A stretch of DNA of 64,000 bases from Bacteroidales bacterium (GTDB lineage: Bacteria > Bacteroidota > Bacteroidia > Bacteroidales > UBA3663), in assembly GCA_045640225.1 (NCBI GenBank), contig JAZUEP010000063.1, positions 2,243 to 66,242 on the forward strand. The letters are read 5' to 3'. Below are positions 20,178 through 29,118 of the stretch, piece after piece. Position 1 is the stretch's first letter. Every line of letters starts with the position of its first letter. Both the position numbers and the translations under genes were made by a program. A model generated the notes under the pieces. The model searched no databases and was not told the DNA's origin. It saw only the letters and a list, made by a program, of their open reading frames with translations.

Positions 20178-21480
20178 CGACCTTCTGGAAGTTAAAACCT
20201 GACAGGACCTCATCCATCAAGGCACGTACCTGTGCAGTACAGAGATTACCGACCGATCCTTCGTGGGTATGATGAACTTCCTTCACTGGCTCGAAACGGC
20301 CTGCTTCGATATCGAGACCTACCTTCTTGTAGGCATCGCGGAATGGCATACCCTCGGTGGCAAGACGATTGACCTCCTCGACCGAGAACATCAGATCGTA
20401 ACGAGAATCGTCGAGGATGTGTTCGTTGACCGTAATATGCTCCATCATAAGAGTGACCATACGAAGGATATCCTTGAGCTCGTCGAACGTAGGCAGGAAA
20501 ACCTCCTTGATGATCTGGAGATCGCGGAAGTACCCGGAAGGCAGATTGTTCGTGATCATCATCACCTGCTGCGGAACAGCCTGGATCTTATTACACTTGG
20601 CACGCGTAAGCTCGAATACGTCTGGATTCTTCTTGTGCGGCATGATGCTGGAACCGGTGGTAAATGCGTCATGCAACTTGATGAAACCGAAGTTCTGAGA
20701 CGAGAACATGCAGGCATCGAAGGCCAGCTTTGCCACAGTGGCTGCAATACCGGCAAGGGCCTGTGCCACGACACGTTCGGTCTTGCCGCGTCCCATCTGA
20801 GCATAGACTACATTGTAAGCCATCGAATCGAAGCCCAGCAGATCGGTGGTCATCTGGCGATTCAGCGGGAACGAAGAGCCATAACCGGCGGCAGAACCCA
20901 GAGGATTGCGGTTGACGACCTTATAGGCAGACTGTAGTACCTGAAGATCGTCGACCAGGCTCTCGGCGTAAGCGCCGAACCAAAGGCCGAACGAAGAAGG
21001 CATTGCCACCTGCAGATGAGTATAGCCTGGCATAAGGACGTGCTTGTACTGCTCGCTCTGCTGCTGAAGCATGGCGAAAAGGCGTTCGGTAGCCGTTACG
21101 ATTTCCTTGATTTCGTGTCGCATATAGAGCTTGAGATCGACAAGCACCTGATCATTGCGCGAACGGCCAGAATGAATCTTCTTGCCGATATCACCTAATC
21201 GACGAGTAAGCAGAAGTTCGACCTGTGAATGTACATCCTCGATACCCTCCTCGATTACAAAGCGGCCCTCGACGGCATCGCGATAGATATTCTTCATCTC
21301 GGCCAGCAAGACCTTCAGCTCGTCGGACGTAAGGAGGCCAATACTCTCGAGCATGGTGATGTGCGCCATGGAACCCAACACATCGAAGGGGGCAAGATAA
21401 AGGTCCATCTCGCGATCAAGACCTATGGTATAACGTTCGATATCCTTATCGACCTGAACGGATTTTTCCCAAAGTTTCAT
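20149..21480 (-). CDS. argH: Argininosuccinate lyase
   Basis: Start set at MKLWEKSVQ (21480). Fumarate-lyase signature GSSIMPHKKNPD. Length and layout are typical of ArgH. Confidence 0.93.
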   Translation of the reverse strand: MKLWEKSVQVDKDIERYTIGLDREMDLYLAPFDVLGSMAHITMLESIGLLTSDELKVLLAEMKNIYRDAVEGRFVIEEGIEDVHSQVELLLTRRLGDIGKKIHSGRSRNDQVLVDLKLYMRHEIKEIVTATERLFAMLQQQSEQYKHVLMPGYTHLQVAMPSSFGLWFGAYAESLVDDLQVLQSAYKVVNRNPLGSAAGYGSSFPLNRQMTTDLLGFDSMAYNVVYAQMGRGKTERVVAQALAGIAATVAKLAFDACMFSSQNFGFIKLHDAFTTGSSIMPHKKNPDVFELTRAKCNKIQAVPQQVMMITNNLPSGYFRDLQIIKEVFLPTFDELKDILRMVTLMMEHITVNEHILDDSRYDLMFSVEEVNRLATEGMPFRDAYKKVGLDIEAGRFEPVKEVHHTHEGSVGNLCTAQVRALMDEVLSGFNFQKVDEAIAALVR

Positions 21481-21559
21481 CTGAATATAAAAAATAATGG
21501 TGGCAAAAGACTCCAATCGCAAACGGATTGGAGTCTTTATGAGTTACAATTAGTGAGAC

Positions 21560-22309
21560 TTAACGGCGGTGAGACTGAGGCTGATTGATCTTAGGCGACT
21601 GCTTGTTGCCACTGTTGTCGTGATAACGGCTGTCGTGGGTACGATCTTTCTGGTTGCCATTCTTGTAATAATTATCGCGCTGTGGCTTCTGGTTGCCAGA
21701 TGAGCGCTGTACACGATTGGCGCCAAAGTCGTTTCGACCATAGTCGGCATGGCGGCTTGAACCATGGATCTTGTGATCGTTGCCATTGTAGATCTCGTGA
21801 TGGGCATCATGATGAGCGGGCTTGCGGTTGGCGTAATAGCTGCCGTGGTTATGGGTGCGATTGTGACCACCGCGATACTCCTTCATGACATGAGGCGCAT
21901 CATAATAATAGAACGAGGTGTTGCTATAGATTGTATAGATGCGGAATGCCCAGCGACGACCTGTGGTATAGACCGGACGATAGAAATAGTCACGTGCCAT
22001 GAACTTGCGATACTGGCTGGCCGAGAGGACATAACGCATATCATCGTTGCGATCATCAAGGAGGGTGTAATAGCGGTCGACAGCGTCGATGTAACCATAC
22101 ACTACATCATCCATGATATAATTGATAGCGTAGATGAAATCGTAATTGATCTCGTAGCACTCCTCGTACTGCCAAGGTGCGAGGTCGAGCTCGTAAGCCA
22201 TACGATCGCTCAGGAAGCGGGCGTTGTTGCGGATGTTGCTGTGTGACATTGCCTGCATATTGAGGATGCTGGCCAAAGCGATGAACAGGGTTAAAAACAT
22301 CTTCTTCAT
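21560..22309 (-). CDS. Secreted protein with a His/Asn/Arg-rich low-complexity C-terminus, function unknown
   Basis: 249 aa. Signal peptide MKKMFLTLFIALASILNMQA. The C-terminal ~100 aa are rich in H, N, R, G and Y. Confidence 0.6.
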   Translation of the reverse strand: MKKMFLTLFIALASILNMQAMSHSNIRNNARFLSDRMAYELDLAPWQYEECYEINYDFIYAINYIMDDVVYGYIDAVDRYYTLLDDRNDDMRYVLSASQYRKFMARDYFYRPVYTTGRRWAFRIYTIYSNTSFYYYDAPHVMKEYRGGHNRTHNHGSYYANRKPAHHDAHHEIYNGNDHKIHGSSRHADYGRNDFGANRVQRSSGNQKPQRDNYYKNGNQKDRTHDSRYHDNSGNKQSPKINQPQSHRR

Positions 22310-22396
22310 AGTCGTGTTGTTTTTAGGGTTTGTAATCTGTTTCGTTTGTCTTTAAGACGCCACAGCAATCGCAAAGTTTAAGACCGGGAGCAAAAA

Positions 22397-22858
22397 TCAA
22401 TACGGAATCCGTACGAGCATATCTGCCAACTGGTCGGCGATACCATCGATCTTCTTGCCTACCATCGGCTTGAGGAAGAAGGGGATATCTACCTCAACCG
22501 TTACACGACAACGAGTCTCGTAGGGAGCATTGGGCAACAGCTGAATCCAGAGCGTCATCTCGACAGGCGACTGATCGGCAGCGAACTTGACGCACTTCAT
22601 TGGTTCCTCACGCTCGACGATGCCAATACCGATCTGCATACCATTGACACGGAAGAGTGCCGTATCGCGAGTAAACGAGAAGTCGCTGAGCGTGAACTTG
22701 CCTCCACCCTGCTCGGCAATCTTGGCTTTGATCATAGCCTTCTGCTCAGCAGGCATATTGTCTTTCATGATCTGGAACTGTCCCAGATCACTGATTCGAT
22801 TCCAGACCTGATACTGCGAGGCAGGAATGATCTTTACTTCGCTCTGATACTTGCTCAT
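22397..22858 (-). CDS. SRPBCC-superfamily (polyketide cyclase/START-like) protein
   Basis: Start set at MSKYQSEV (22858), directly abutting the pyrE stop. About 153 aa with an SRPBCC-like alternating pattern. The family call is tentative. Confidence 0.55.
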   Translation of the reverse strand: MSKYQSEVKIIPASQYQVWNRISDLGQFQIMKDNMPAEQKAMIKAKIAEQGGGKFTLSDFSFTRDTALFRVNGMQIGIGIVEREEPMKCVKFAADQSPVEMTLWIQLLPNAPYETRCRVTVEVDIPFFLKPMVGKKIDGIADQLADMLVRIPY

Positions 22859-23490
22859 TTTCCCCACTCGCTTGGATTGGCACGCCACTGCTTGAGCACC
22901 TCGATGTCCTCAGCCTTGATGTAATTGAGTTCAGCAGCCTCGGCTACCAGCTCGGTGTAGTTCGAAAGTGTAATAAGTTCGACCTGAGCCTCCTCGAAAG
23001 CCTGCTGGGCCTGTGGGAACTGATAGGTGAAGATTGCGACCATACCGAGGACATTGACATTAGCCTGACGAAGTGCTGCCACGGCCTTGAGCGAAGACAT
23101 ACCGGTAGAGATCAGATCTTCAACGACAACGACGTTCCAGCCTTCCTGAATCTGACCTTCGATGAGGTTGCCCATACCATGATCCTTTGGAGCTGAACGG
23201 ACATAGACGAAAGGCACGCCCAAAGCATCGGCTACAAGAGCGCCCTGAGCGATAGCTCCGGTAGCGACGCCTGCAATAGCATCGACCTTACCGCCATACT
23301 GACGCTGGATGGTATTGACCAAGCCGGTCTTGATGATGGTACGGATATCAGGGAATGCTAATGTCTTACGATTGTCGCAATAGATGGGCGAATGCCATCC
23401 GGAAGCCCATGTAAAAGGATTATTAGGTTGCAACTTGACAGCCTTGATGGCCATCAGCTTCTCAGCTACTAAGCGTTCGATTGATTTCAT
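22855..23490 (-). CDS. pyrE: Orotate phosphoribosyltransferase
   Basis: 211 aa. PRPP-binding motif VVVVEDLISTGMSS. OPRTase-type N-terminus. TACATTTG -7 box upstream. Confidence 0.93.
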   Translation of the reverse strand: MKSIERLVAEKLMAIKAVKLQPNNPFTWASGWHSPIYCDNRKTLAFPDIRTIIKTGLVNTIQRQYGGKVDAIAGVATGAIAQGALVADALGVPFVYVRSAPKDHGMGNLIEGQIQEGWNVVVVEDLISTGMSSLKAVAALRQANVNVLGMVAIFTYQFPQAQQAFEEAQVELITLSNYTELVAEAAELNYIKAEDIEVLKQWRANPSEWGK

Positions 23491-23632
23491 ATCTGTAAAA
23501 ATTTATTATTGTATTAAAATTGCTCGCGTGCGAATGCTGCAAATGTAATTGTTTTTTGCGACATGGCCCCTATCCAATAGGATAAAAATGAAAAAAAAGG
23601 GGCAAATAGGCTGAAAACCTTACGAAATGTCG

Positions 23633-24325
23633 CTATGACTTTGCAAAGGAAAGAGTGAGAACGCTGATACGGACACCCGGAACCGCAGCCAGCAACGCAT
23701 CAGCTGCAGCCACGATTGTTGCTCCCGTAGTAAGTACATCGTCGACCAGCAGGACGTGTTTCGATGCCAAGCACTCGGGATGACGCACGGCGAATGTCCC
23801 GGATTCGTGGTGCAGACGCTCGCGACCCGACAGGCCGACCTGCGACGATGTATAACGCATCTTGCGCAGACAATCCGTACGCACTGGCAGATTCCAGGCC
23901 TGCGACAAAGCCTCGGCAATGGCTACTGTCTGGTTATAACCACGATGCAGCAGACGAAGCCAATGGACCGGAATAGGCAGAATAACATCGATGTCGTACG
24001 GCCAACCGGGATTGCCAGATGCCTGAGCCGCAAGCTCAAGTTCCTGCACGAACAAGCGAGTGACGTAAGTATTGTGCCACGGCTGATCGCTGAACTTTGA
24101 CAACCGAATCACATTGCCGAAATCGCCGTTGCGAAGGTAGTAGCAGAACGACGTAGCGTGTTCGAGCGGGAAACGACCCAGCAGATGGTTTTCGACCTCG
24201 TTACCCGGAAGCTCGGCACGTACTCGTGGCAGTCGGCCGAGGCAACTCAGGCAAATAGCGCCCTCATCGGGCAACAAGGAACTGCCACAACAGGGACAAT
24301 GGCGAGGGAGGAATAGTTCAATCAT
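23633..24325 (-). CDS. comF: ComF-family phosphoribosyltransferase-domain protein
   Basis: Start set at MIELFLPRHCPCCG (24325). N-terminal 4-Cys zinc finger and C-terminal PRTase motif VLLVDDVLTTGATI. Confidence 0.8.
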   Translation of the reverse strand: MIELFLPRHCPCCGSSLLPDEGAICLSCLGRLPRVRAELPGNEVENHLLGRFPLEHATSFCYYLRNGDFGNVIRLSKFSDQPWHNTYVTRLFVQELELAAQASGNPGWPYDIDVILPIPVHWLRLLHRGYNQTVAIAEALSQAWNLPVRTDCLRKMRYTSSQVGLSGRERLHHESGTFAVRHPECLASKHVLLVDDVLTTGATIVAAADALLAAVPGVRISVLTLSFAKS

Positions 24326-24791
24326 CGGATTCGGAATCGGTGCAACGCGACAAGGCTTTTGAAATAACGTTCGGTTCGAAACCGCGTTGAGCAGCAAATC
24401 GATAAAGGCGAGCTCGATCGTTAGGCGACAAAGGGAGCGCCATTCCCTTCAGGCGATGACGAAGAATGGCAAGACATTCCGATAGATAATCCTCGTCGTC
24501 AACGACTTCGGTAAGCGCATCATTGATCAAAGAATCAGCGATTTGCTTGGCCCGTAAGGCATAACGGATCTTGGTACGCCCCCAATGCTGGAAGCGATAC
24601 TTGTCGTTGACAAAAGCCCTTGCATAACGGCTTTCGTCAATAAAATGTTCTTGTATCAACGTTGCCACCAGACGTTCGGCATCAGCCTCAGCAATCCCCC
24701 AGCCAAGAGCCTTAGACAGGATCTCGGACGGACAGCGCTCGCTTGTCGAACAGAGGGCAGCAGCACGATTTAATGCTTGTTCGTAAGTCAA
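24318..24791 (-). CDS. recX: RecX regulatory protein
   Basis: 157 aa. Three-helix repeat pattern with typical RecX segments (ALNRAAALCSTSERCPSEI..., RYARAFVNDKYRFQHWGRTKIRYALRAKQI). Confidence 0.8.
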   Translation of the reverse strand: MTYEQALNRAAALCSTSERCPSEILSKALGWGIAEADAERLVATLIQEHFIDESRYARAFVNDKYRFQHWGRTKIRYALRAKQIADSLINDALTEVVDDEDYLSECLAILRHRLKGMALPLSPNDRARLYRFAAQRGFEPNVISKALSRCTDSESDD

Positions 24792-24835
24792 AATTGTAAT
24801 AGGTAAAAAACGGGTTAGAAACTAATGGATAATGC

Positions 24836-25846
24836 TTAACCGGACATGAACGAAGCCTTTACCATACGGTCTCGGCCGTTGACATCCTGCCGAAGCTCGA
24901 CATCGTGAAATCCCATATCTCGAAGCAGATCGCAGACCTCCTGTCCATAGGCGGCATTAATCTCGAAATAAAGACTGCCGCCAGATACCAGATGACGAGT
25001 TGAAAACAGCGCTATCGCACGATAGAACAGCAACGGATCCTGATCGGGAACGAAGAGTGCCATCGATGGCTCGTGTTGTAAAACCAGATCGGACATCTCG
25101 GCAACCTCACGCTGACAGATATAGGGAGGATTGCTTACCACGACATCGAAAGACGGTGGAAAAGATTGTGGATAACCTGTTGATAATGGTTGTTGACAAT
25201 CGTGTTGATCGGCAGAGGAGAAACCTGTTGATAATGGTTGACAACCCCTCGATTCAGAAGAGTTATCAACAGCCGAAAGTATATCGAACTGAGCGAATTG
25301 CACGTTATCAACACCCTGTTGAAAAGAATTCTTCCGAGCCACATCTAAAGCCGCTGTTGATAAATCGGCAGCAAACACCCGAGAATTGTTGATAAGTCGA
25401 GCCAGCGACAAGGCAATACAGCCAGATCCGGTTCCGACATCGAGGATATTCAATGCACGGGATTCCGATGTCCGACATCCCTCGTTCTCAATACGCGACA
25501 TACAATCGGAAACTATCCAAGATACCAGCTCGGCTGTCTCAGGCCGCGGAATCAGCACATCAGGGGTGACCAAGAATCGCTCGCCACAGAAACGTTCATA
25601 TCCCAATGCTTGCTGCATCGGGATTCCCTGTTCCATCTTGTCCGCTATCTGCAGCAGAATGGCAGACTGCTCTGACGGTAAAACATAGTCGGGATGAAGT
25701 ATGCGATCCATACGCGAAAGAGCACACACTTCCTCGAGCATGACATCGATAATCGAACGCACTTCGCGCTCGTCATAGAGAGGCCTTCCCTGCGTGTCGC
25801 AAGCCTTACGTATGCTTGCGCGCAATATCTTTATTGTGTTTTGCAT
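24836..25846 (-). CDS. prmC: Release factor glutamine N5-methyltransferase (PrmC/HemK) with an in-frame internal insertion
   Basis: 336 aa. SAM motif ILDVGTGSGCIAL and catalytic VVSNPPY. An extra duplicated segment CQPLSTGF...CQQPLSTGYP lies between them. Confidence 0.88.
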   Translation of the reverse strand: MQNTIKILRASIRKACDTQGRPLYDEREVRSIIDVMLEEVCALSRMDRILHPDYVLPSEQSAILLQIADKMEQGIPMQQALGYERFCGERFLVTPDVLIPRPETAELVSWIVSDCMSRIENEGCRTSESRALNILDVGTGSGCIALSLARLINNSRVFAADLSTAALDVARKNSFQQGVDNVQFAQFDILSAVDNSSESRGCQPLSTGFSSADQHDCQQPLSTGYPQSFPPSFDVVVSNPPYICQREVAEMSDLVLQHEPSMALFVPDQDPLLFYRAIALFSTRHLVSGGSLYFEINAAYGQEVCDLLRDMGFHDVELRQDVNGRDRMVKASFMSG

Positions 25847-26023
25847 GGCGCAAAGTTAGCAATTTTTCGCGAAAAAATGGCATAAAAAGGTGTCATAAAA
25901 TCTAAAAAAAGTTTCTTTTCACGCAAAAATCATCTAAAATAACATAATTATAAAGATAAAAACACACGACTTTGAAGAAAAATTACTAAATTTGCGCACG
26001 ATTTTTTGGTATAAAAAAGACAT

Positions 26024-27562
26024 ATGAAACTATTTCGATATACATCTTTGCTGTTTTGCTCAGTGCTGCTGGCCTTGAGTCTGTCAGCCTGTCTGGGTTC
26101 AGGTAACGATGCTGAGACTGTTATCACGAATTACAACAATGCCATCGTGACCTCGTTCTCGCTCGAAGCCAACAACGACGTATGCAGCAATCTTACGAGC
26201 TATAAATTCACCATCGACAACCACGGATACAGCGACGAAGAGATACATAGCAAGTTCCCGAACGATGGTATCATCTTCAATCCTGATTCGCTCCCGGTGG
26301 GTGTTATTCCTGATTCGCTGAAGGTCAATCTTTCGTTCTCGTCGCCAGACAGCGTTTATTTCAAATTATACGACCCATGGGGCAAATTGGGGCAGTATGC
26401 AACCTTCTCGAAAGACTCTGCGCTCTATTTCGCATCCTATCCGGATTGCCGACTGACACTGGTTGCCAAGGGTGGCGTCCGCAAGACCTATCATATCAAG
26501 ATTAACGTCCACAAGGTAAAAGGCGACACGATTCAGTGGCGTGATTTTACCGAGGAACTTTGGTCGGACTTGAATATCACCGACCAGCGAACCGATACGC
26601 TGAACGGACAGTATTGCTGGTATGTCGAGGAAGATGGCGTACGTACAAAGGTCAGCACATCGCCCACCGATGGCAACGTAAAGAACTGGCAGACGTTGAC
26701 AGACGTCGAAGTTGAAGACGGAGATATCCTGGACCTCTCGACGCTCTACAACTGGCATAATTCGCTTTATGCCCTCGGCAAGAACAATGGCACACTGTAT
26801 GCCACCGTTGACGGAGTTCATTGGACAGCGTCTTGCCCGGAACATAGTTTCGTAGCCGTTCTGGGCAATCAATGCAAGACACAGGATGTTTTCGGCACAT
26901 GGAACTGCGACTCGCTCAACGCCATCATTCGCGTAGACGACAGATTGCATTTCGCAACTTCGGCCGATGCCAAGCAATGGAACCTCGAGCAAGAGATTCC
27001 GGCCAACTTCCCAATCAAAGGCTTTTCACGTCCGATCTATACCGAAGCTCGTAGCAAATATGGCAACCTGACTTCTCGACTGTACATCACAGGCGGCATC
27101 ACGCAACAGGGACAGCTCGTGGCCGGCACATGGTCGTGCGACGGATGGAATGCAGACGAGAAGGGTGTAAACTGGGAATGGTTCGAACAGAACGAAATGC
27201 CAGCCATGTACGGAGCAACCGTAACCGAATACACTTTCGACCCTGCCAAGCCGAACAGTCTGTGGATTCTGCAGCCTGGCATTACGGCTACCGGCAATGT
27301 CGCCTCAAACACCTTCTTCGGCAAACTGCATTCCACCCTGTATTACAGCGAGGACCACGGTGTGAGCTGGCATAGACTGAGCCGTTACTACACCAAGTAT
27401 GCCGATAACACTCCCGTTGGCGTGGTATCCTGCAACTCTGGTTTCTGCAGCGAGCAGGGTTATGTACTACGCTACTTCGGCGGACGTAACGACGACGGTT
27501 CCTTCAAGACTTCGGTCTGGGGCGGACAACTCAATTCACTTACCTTCGACCCTAAGAAGTAA
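26024..27562 (+). CDS. Lipoprotein of unknown function
   Basis: 512 aa. Signal plus lipobox LLALSLSAC. W- and G-rich repeats in the C-terminal half suggest a beta-propeller-like fold. No catalytic motif recognised. Confidence 0.6.
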   Translation: MKLFRYTSLLFCSVLLALSLSACLGSGNDAETVITNYNNAIVTSFSLEANNDVCSNLTSYKFTIDNHGYSDEEIHSKFPNDGIIFNPDSLPVGVIPDSLKVNLSFSSPDSVYFKLYDPWGKLGQYATFSKDSALYFASYPDCRLTLVAKGGVRKTYHIKINVHKVKGDTIQWRDFTEELWSDLNITDQRTDTLNGQYCWYVEEDGVRTKVSTSPTDGNVKNWQTLTDVEVEDGDILDLSTLYNWHNSLYALGKNNGTLYATVDGVHWTASCPEHSFVAVLGNQCKTQDVFGTWNCDSLNAIIRVDDRLHFATSADAKQWNLEQEIPANFPIKGFSRPIYTEARSKYGNLTSRLYITGGITQQGQLVAGTWSCDGWNADEKGVNWEWFEQNEMPAMYGATVTEYTFDPAKPNSLWILQPGITATGNVASNTFFGKLHSTLYYSEDHGVSWHRLSRYYTKYADNTPVGVVSCNSGFCSEQGYVLRYFGGRNDDGSFKTSVWGGQLNSLTFDPKK

Positions 27563-28248
27563 TGAAGCGATACCTGGTAGCATTCTGGTTGCTTGTATCA
27601 ACCATAGTCGCAGCCACAGCTCAAGAAAAGGAATACCTCTACGAAATAGGTGGAGGAACCGGAATGAGTTGGGGGTATGGCGACGTGAATGCCACCAAGG
27701 CAATATATAGTCCGTCATCGTCGTTCAGCATTCTCTATCGCTACAATCTCAATCTGCGCTGGGCTTTAGCGGCCGAGCTGCAGAGTTCAGGATTAAGCGG
27801 AGACTCGAGGGACTTTGATTACGTCCTGCCCACCGGTGCCTATGACTTCAATCTACGATACTGGCAACTAGGCATCCGACCGGAAATACATTTCTGGAAC
27901 TATGGCTGGGGTAGCGACTATCGCGAGAAGAAACGATATACTCCATTTCTGACTGCAGGTCTGACTGGAGGCGTCGTTACAGGGTTGGAAGACCAGACAG
28001 AGTTTACCATCGGTATTCCGATGGGTGTAGGATACAAGTTCAAGATGGCGCAACGCTGGAATGCACAGCTCACGGCTTTGTTCACCAAGACCTTCAGCGA
28101 CAAGCTTGACGGATTATCCGACCCGGAAGGCATCAAGACACATGGCCTTGTCGGAAATGACTGGATGGCATCAATAACCCTGAGTGTGACCTTCGATTTC
28201 AAGGAACGTTGCATTGAATGCCACAACCAAAAGAATCAGGCAAGATAA
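27562..28248 (+). CDS. Outer-membrane beta-barrel protein (DUF6089-like by position upstream of uppS)
   Basis: 228 aa. Signal peptide MKRYLVAFWLLVSTIVAATA. Alternating beta-strand pattern. Start overlaps the stop of the upstream gene. Confidence 0.6.
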   Translation: MKRYLVAFWLLVSTIVAATAQEKEYLYEIGGGTGMSWGYGDVNATKAIYSPSSSFSILYRYNLNLRWALAAELQSSGLSGDSRDFDYVLPTGAYDFNLRYWQLGIRPEIHFWNYGWGSDYREKKRYTPFLTAGLTGGVVTGLEDQTEFTIGIPMGVGYKFKMAQRWNAQLTALFTKTFSDKLDGLSDPEGIKTHGLVGNDWMASITLSVTFDFKERCIECHNQKNQAR

Positions 28249-28296
28249 GAACTATCACAACAAGAAAACAAACGATATAAAATAAAGACAAGAGAT

Positions 28297-29079
28297 ATGG
28301 CAAAACTGGAAGACATAGACAAGTCACGCACACCTAAATCGGTGGCTATCATTATGGATGGCAATGGTCGTTGGGCCAAGAATCAGGGCAAGGACCGCTC
28401 GGAAGGCCACAGCGTAGGCATCAAGGCTCTACACGACACGATCGAGGCCGCCAAGTGGGCTGGCGTAAAGTATCTGACGGTTTACGCCTTCTCGACCGAG
28501 AACTGGAATCGTCCGAAGAAGGAAGTCGACACACTGATGAACCTCATTGCCTATGCCCTCGAGCAGGAGACTCCTGGCATGATCAAGGAAGGCGTCCGAC
28601 TGGACATGATAGGCGATACCAGCAAGATGCCACAGTTCGCCCTTGACAAATTGCGTTGGAGCATTGACCAGACCAAGGATTGCAAGGACATCACGATGGT
28701 ACTATGCCTGAGCTACAGCAGTCGCTGGGAAATTACCGATGCCGTACGTCGACTGGCACAGCAATGTGCTGCCGGCGAAATCAAGCCAGAGGACATTGAC
28801 GAAAAGATGGTAAGCCAGAGCCTCTGCTCGGCTACACATCTCCCCGACCCTGACCTTCTGATCCGTACCGGAGGCGAGAAGCGTATCTCGAACTACCTGC
28901 TCTGGCAGATCTCATACTCCGAGCTGTACTTTACCGATACGCTTTGGCCTGATTTCCGTCACGAGCAGCTGTATGATGCCATCGTCGACTATCAGACACG
29001 CGAACGTCGCTTCGGCAAGACCAGTGCCCAGGTTCAGGCTGAAGCTCAGGCCAAGACAGACGCCGAAGGCAACGCCTAA
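28297..29079 (+). CDS. uppS: Undecaprenyl-diphosphate synthase (isoprenyl transferase)
   Basis: 260 aa. Signature VAIIMDGNGRWA and C-terminal RTGGEKRISNYLLWQISYSELYF. Confidence 0.95.
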   Translation: MAKLEDIDKSRTPKSVAIIMDGNGRWAKNQGKDRSEGHSVGIKALHDTIEAAKWAGVKYLTVYAFSTENWNRPKKEVDTLMNLIAYALEQETPGMIKEGVRLDMIGDTSKMPQFALDKLRWSIDQTKDCKDITMVLCLSYSSRWEITDAVRRLAQQCAAGEIKPEDIDEKMVSQSLCSATHLPDPDLLIRTGGEKRISNYLLWQISYSELYFTDTLWPDFRHEQLYDAIVDYQTRERRFGKTSAQVQAEAQAKTDAEGNA

Positions 29080-29118
29080 ACGGTTACATCAATCCGCAAA
29101 TATACATTATATATATTA

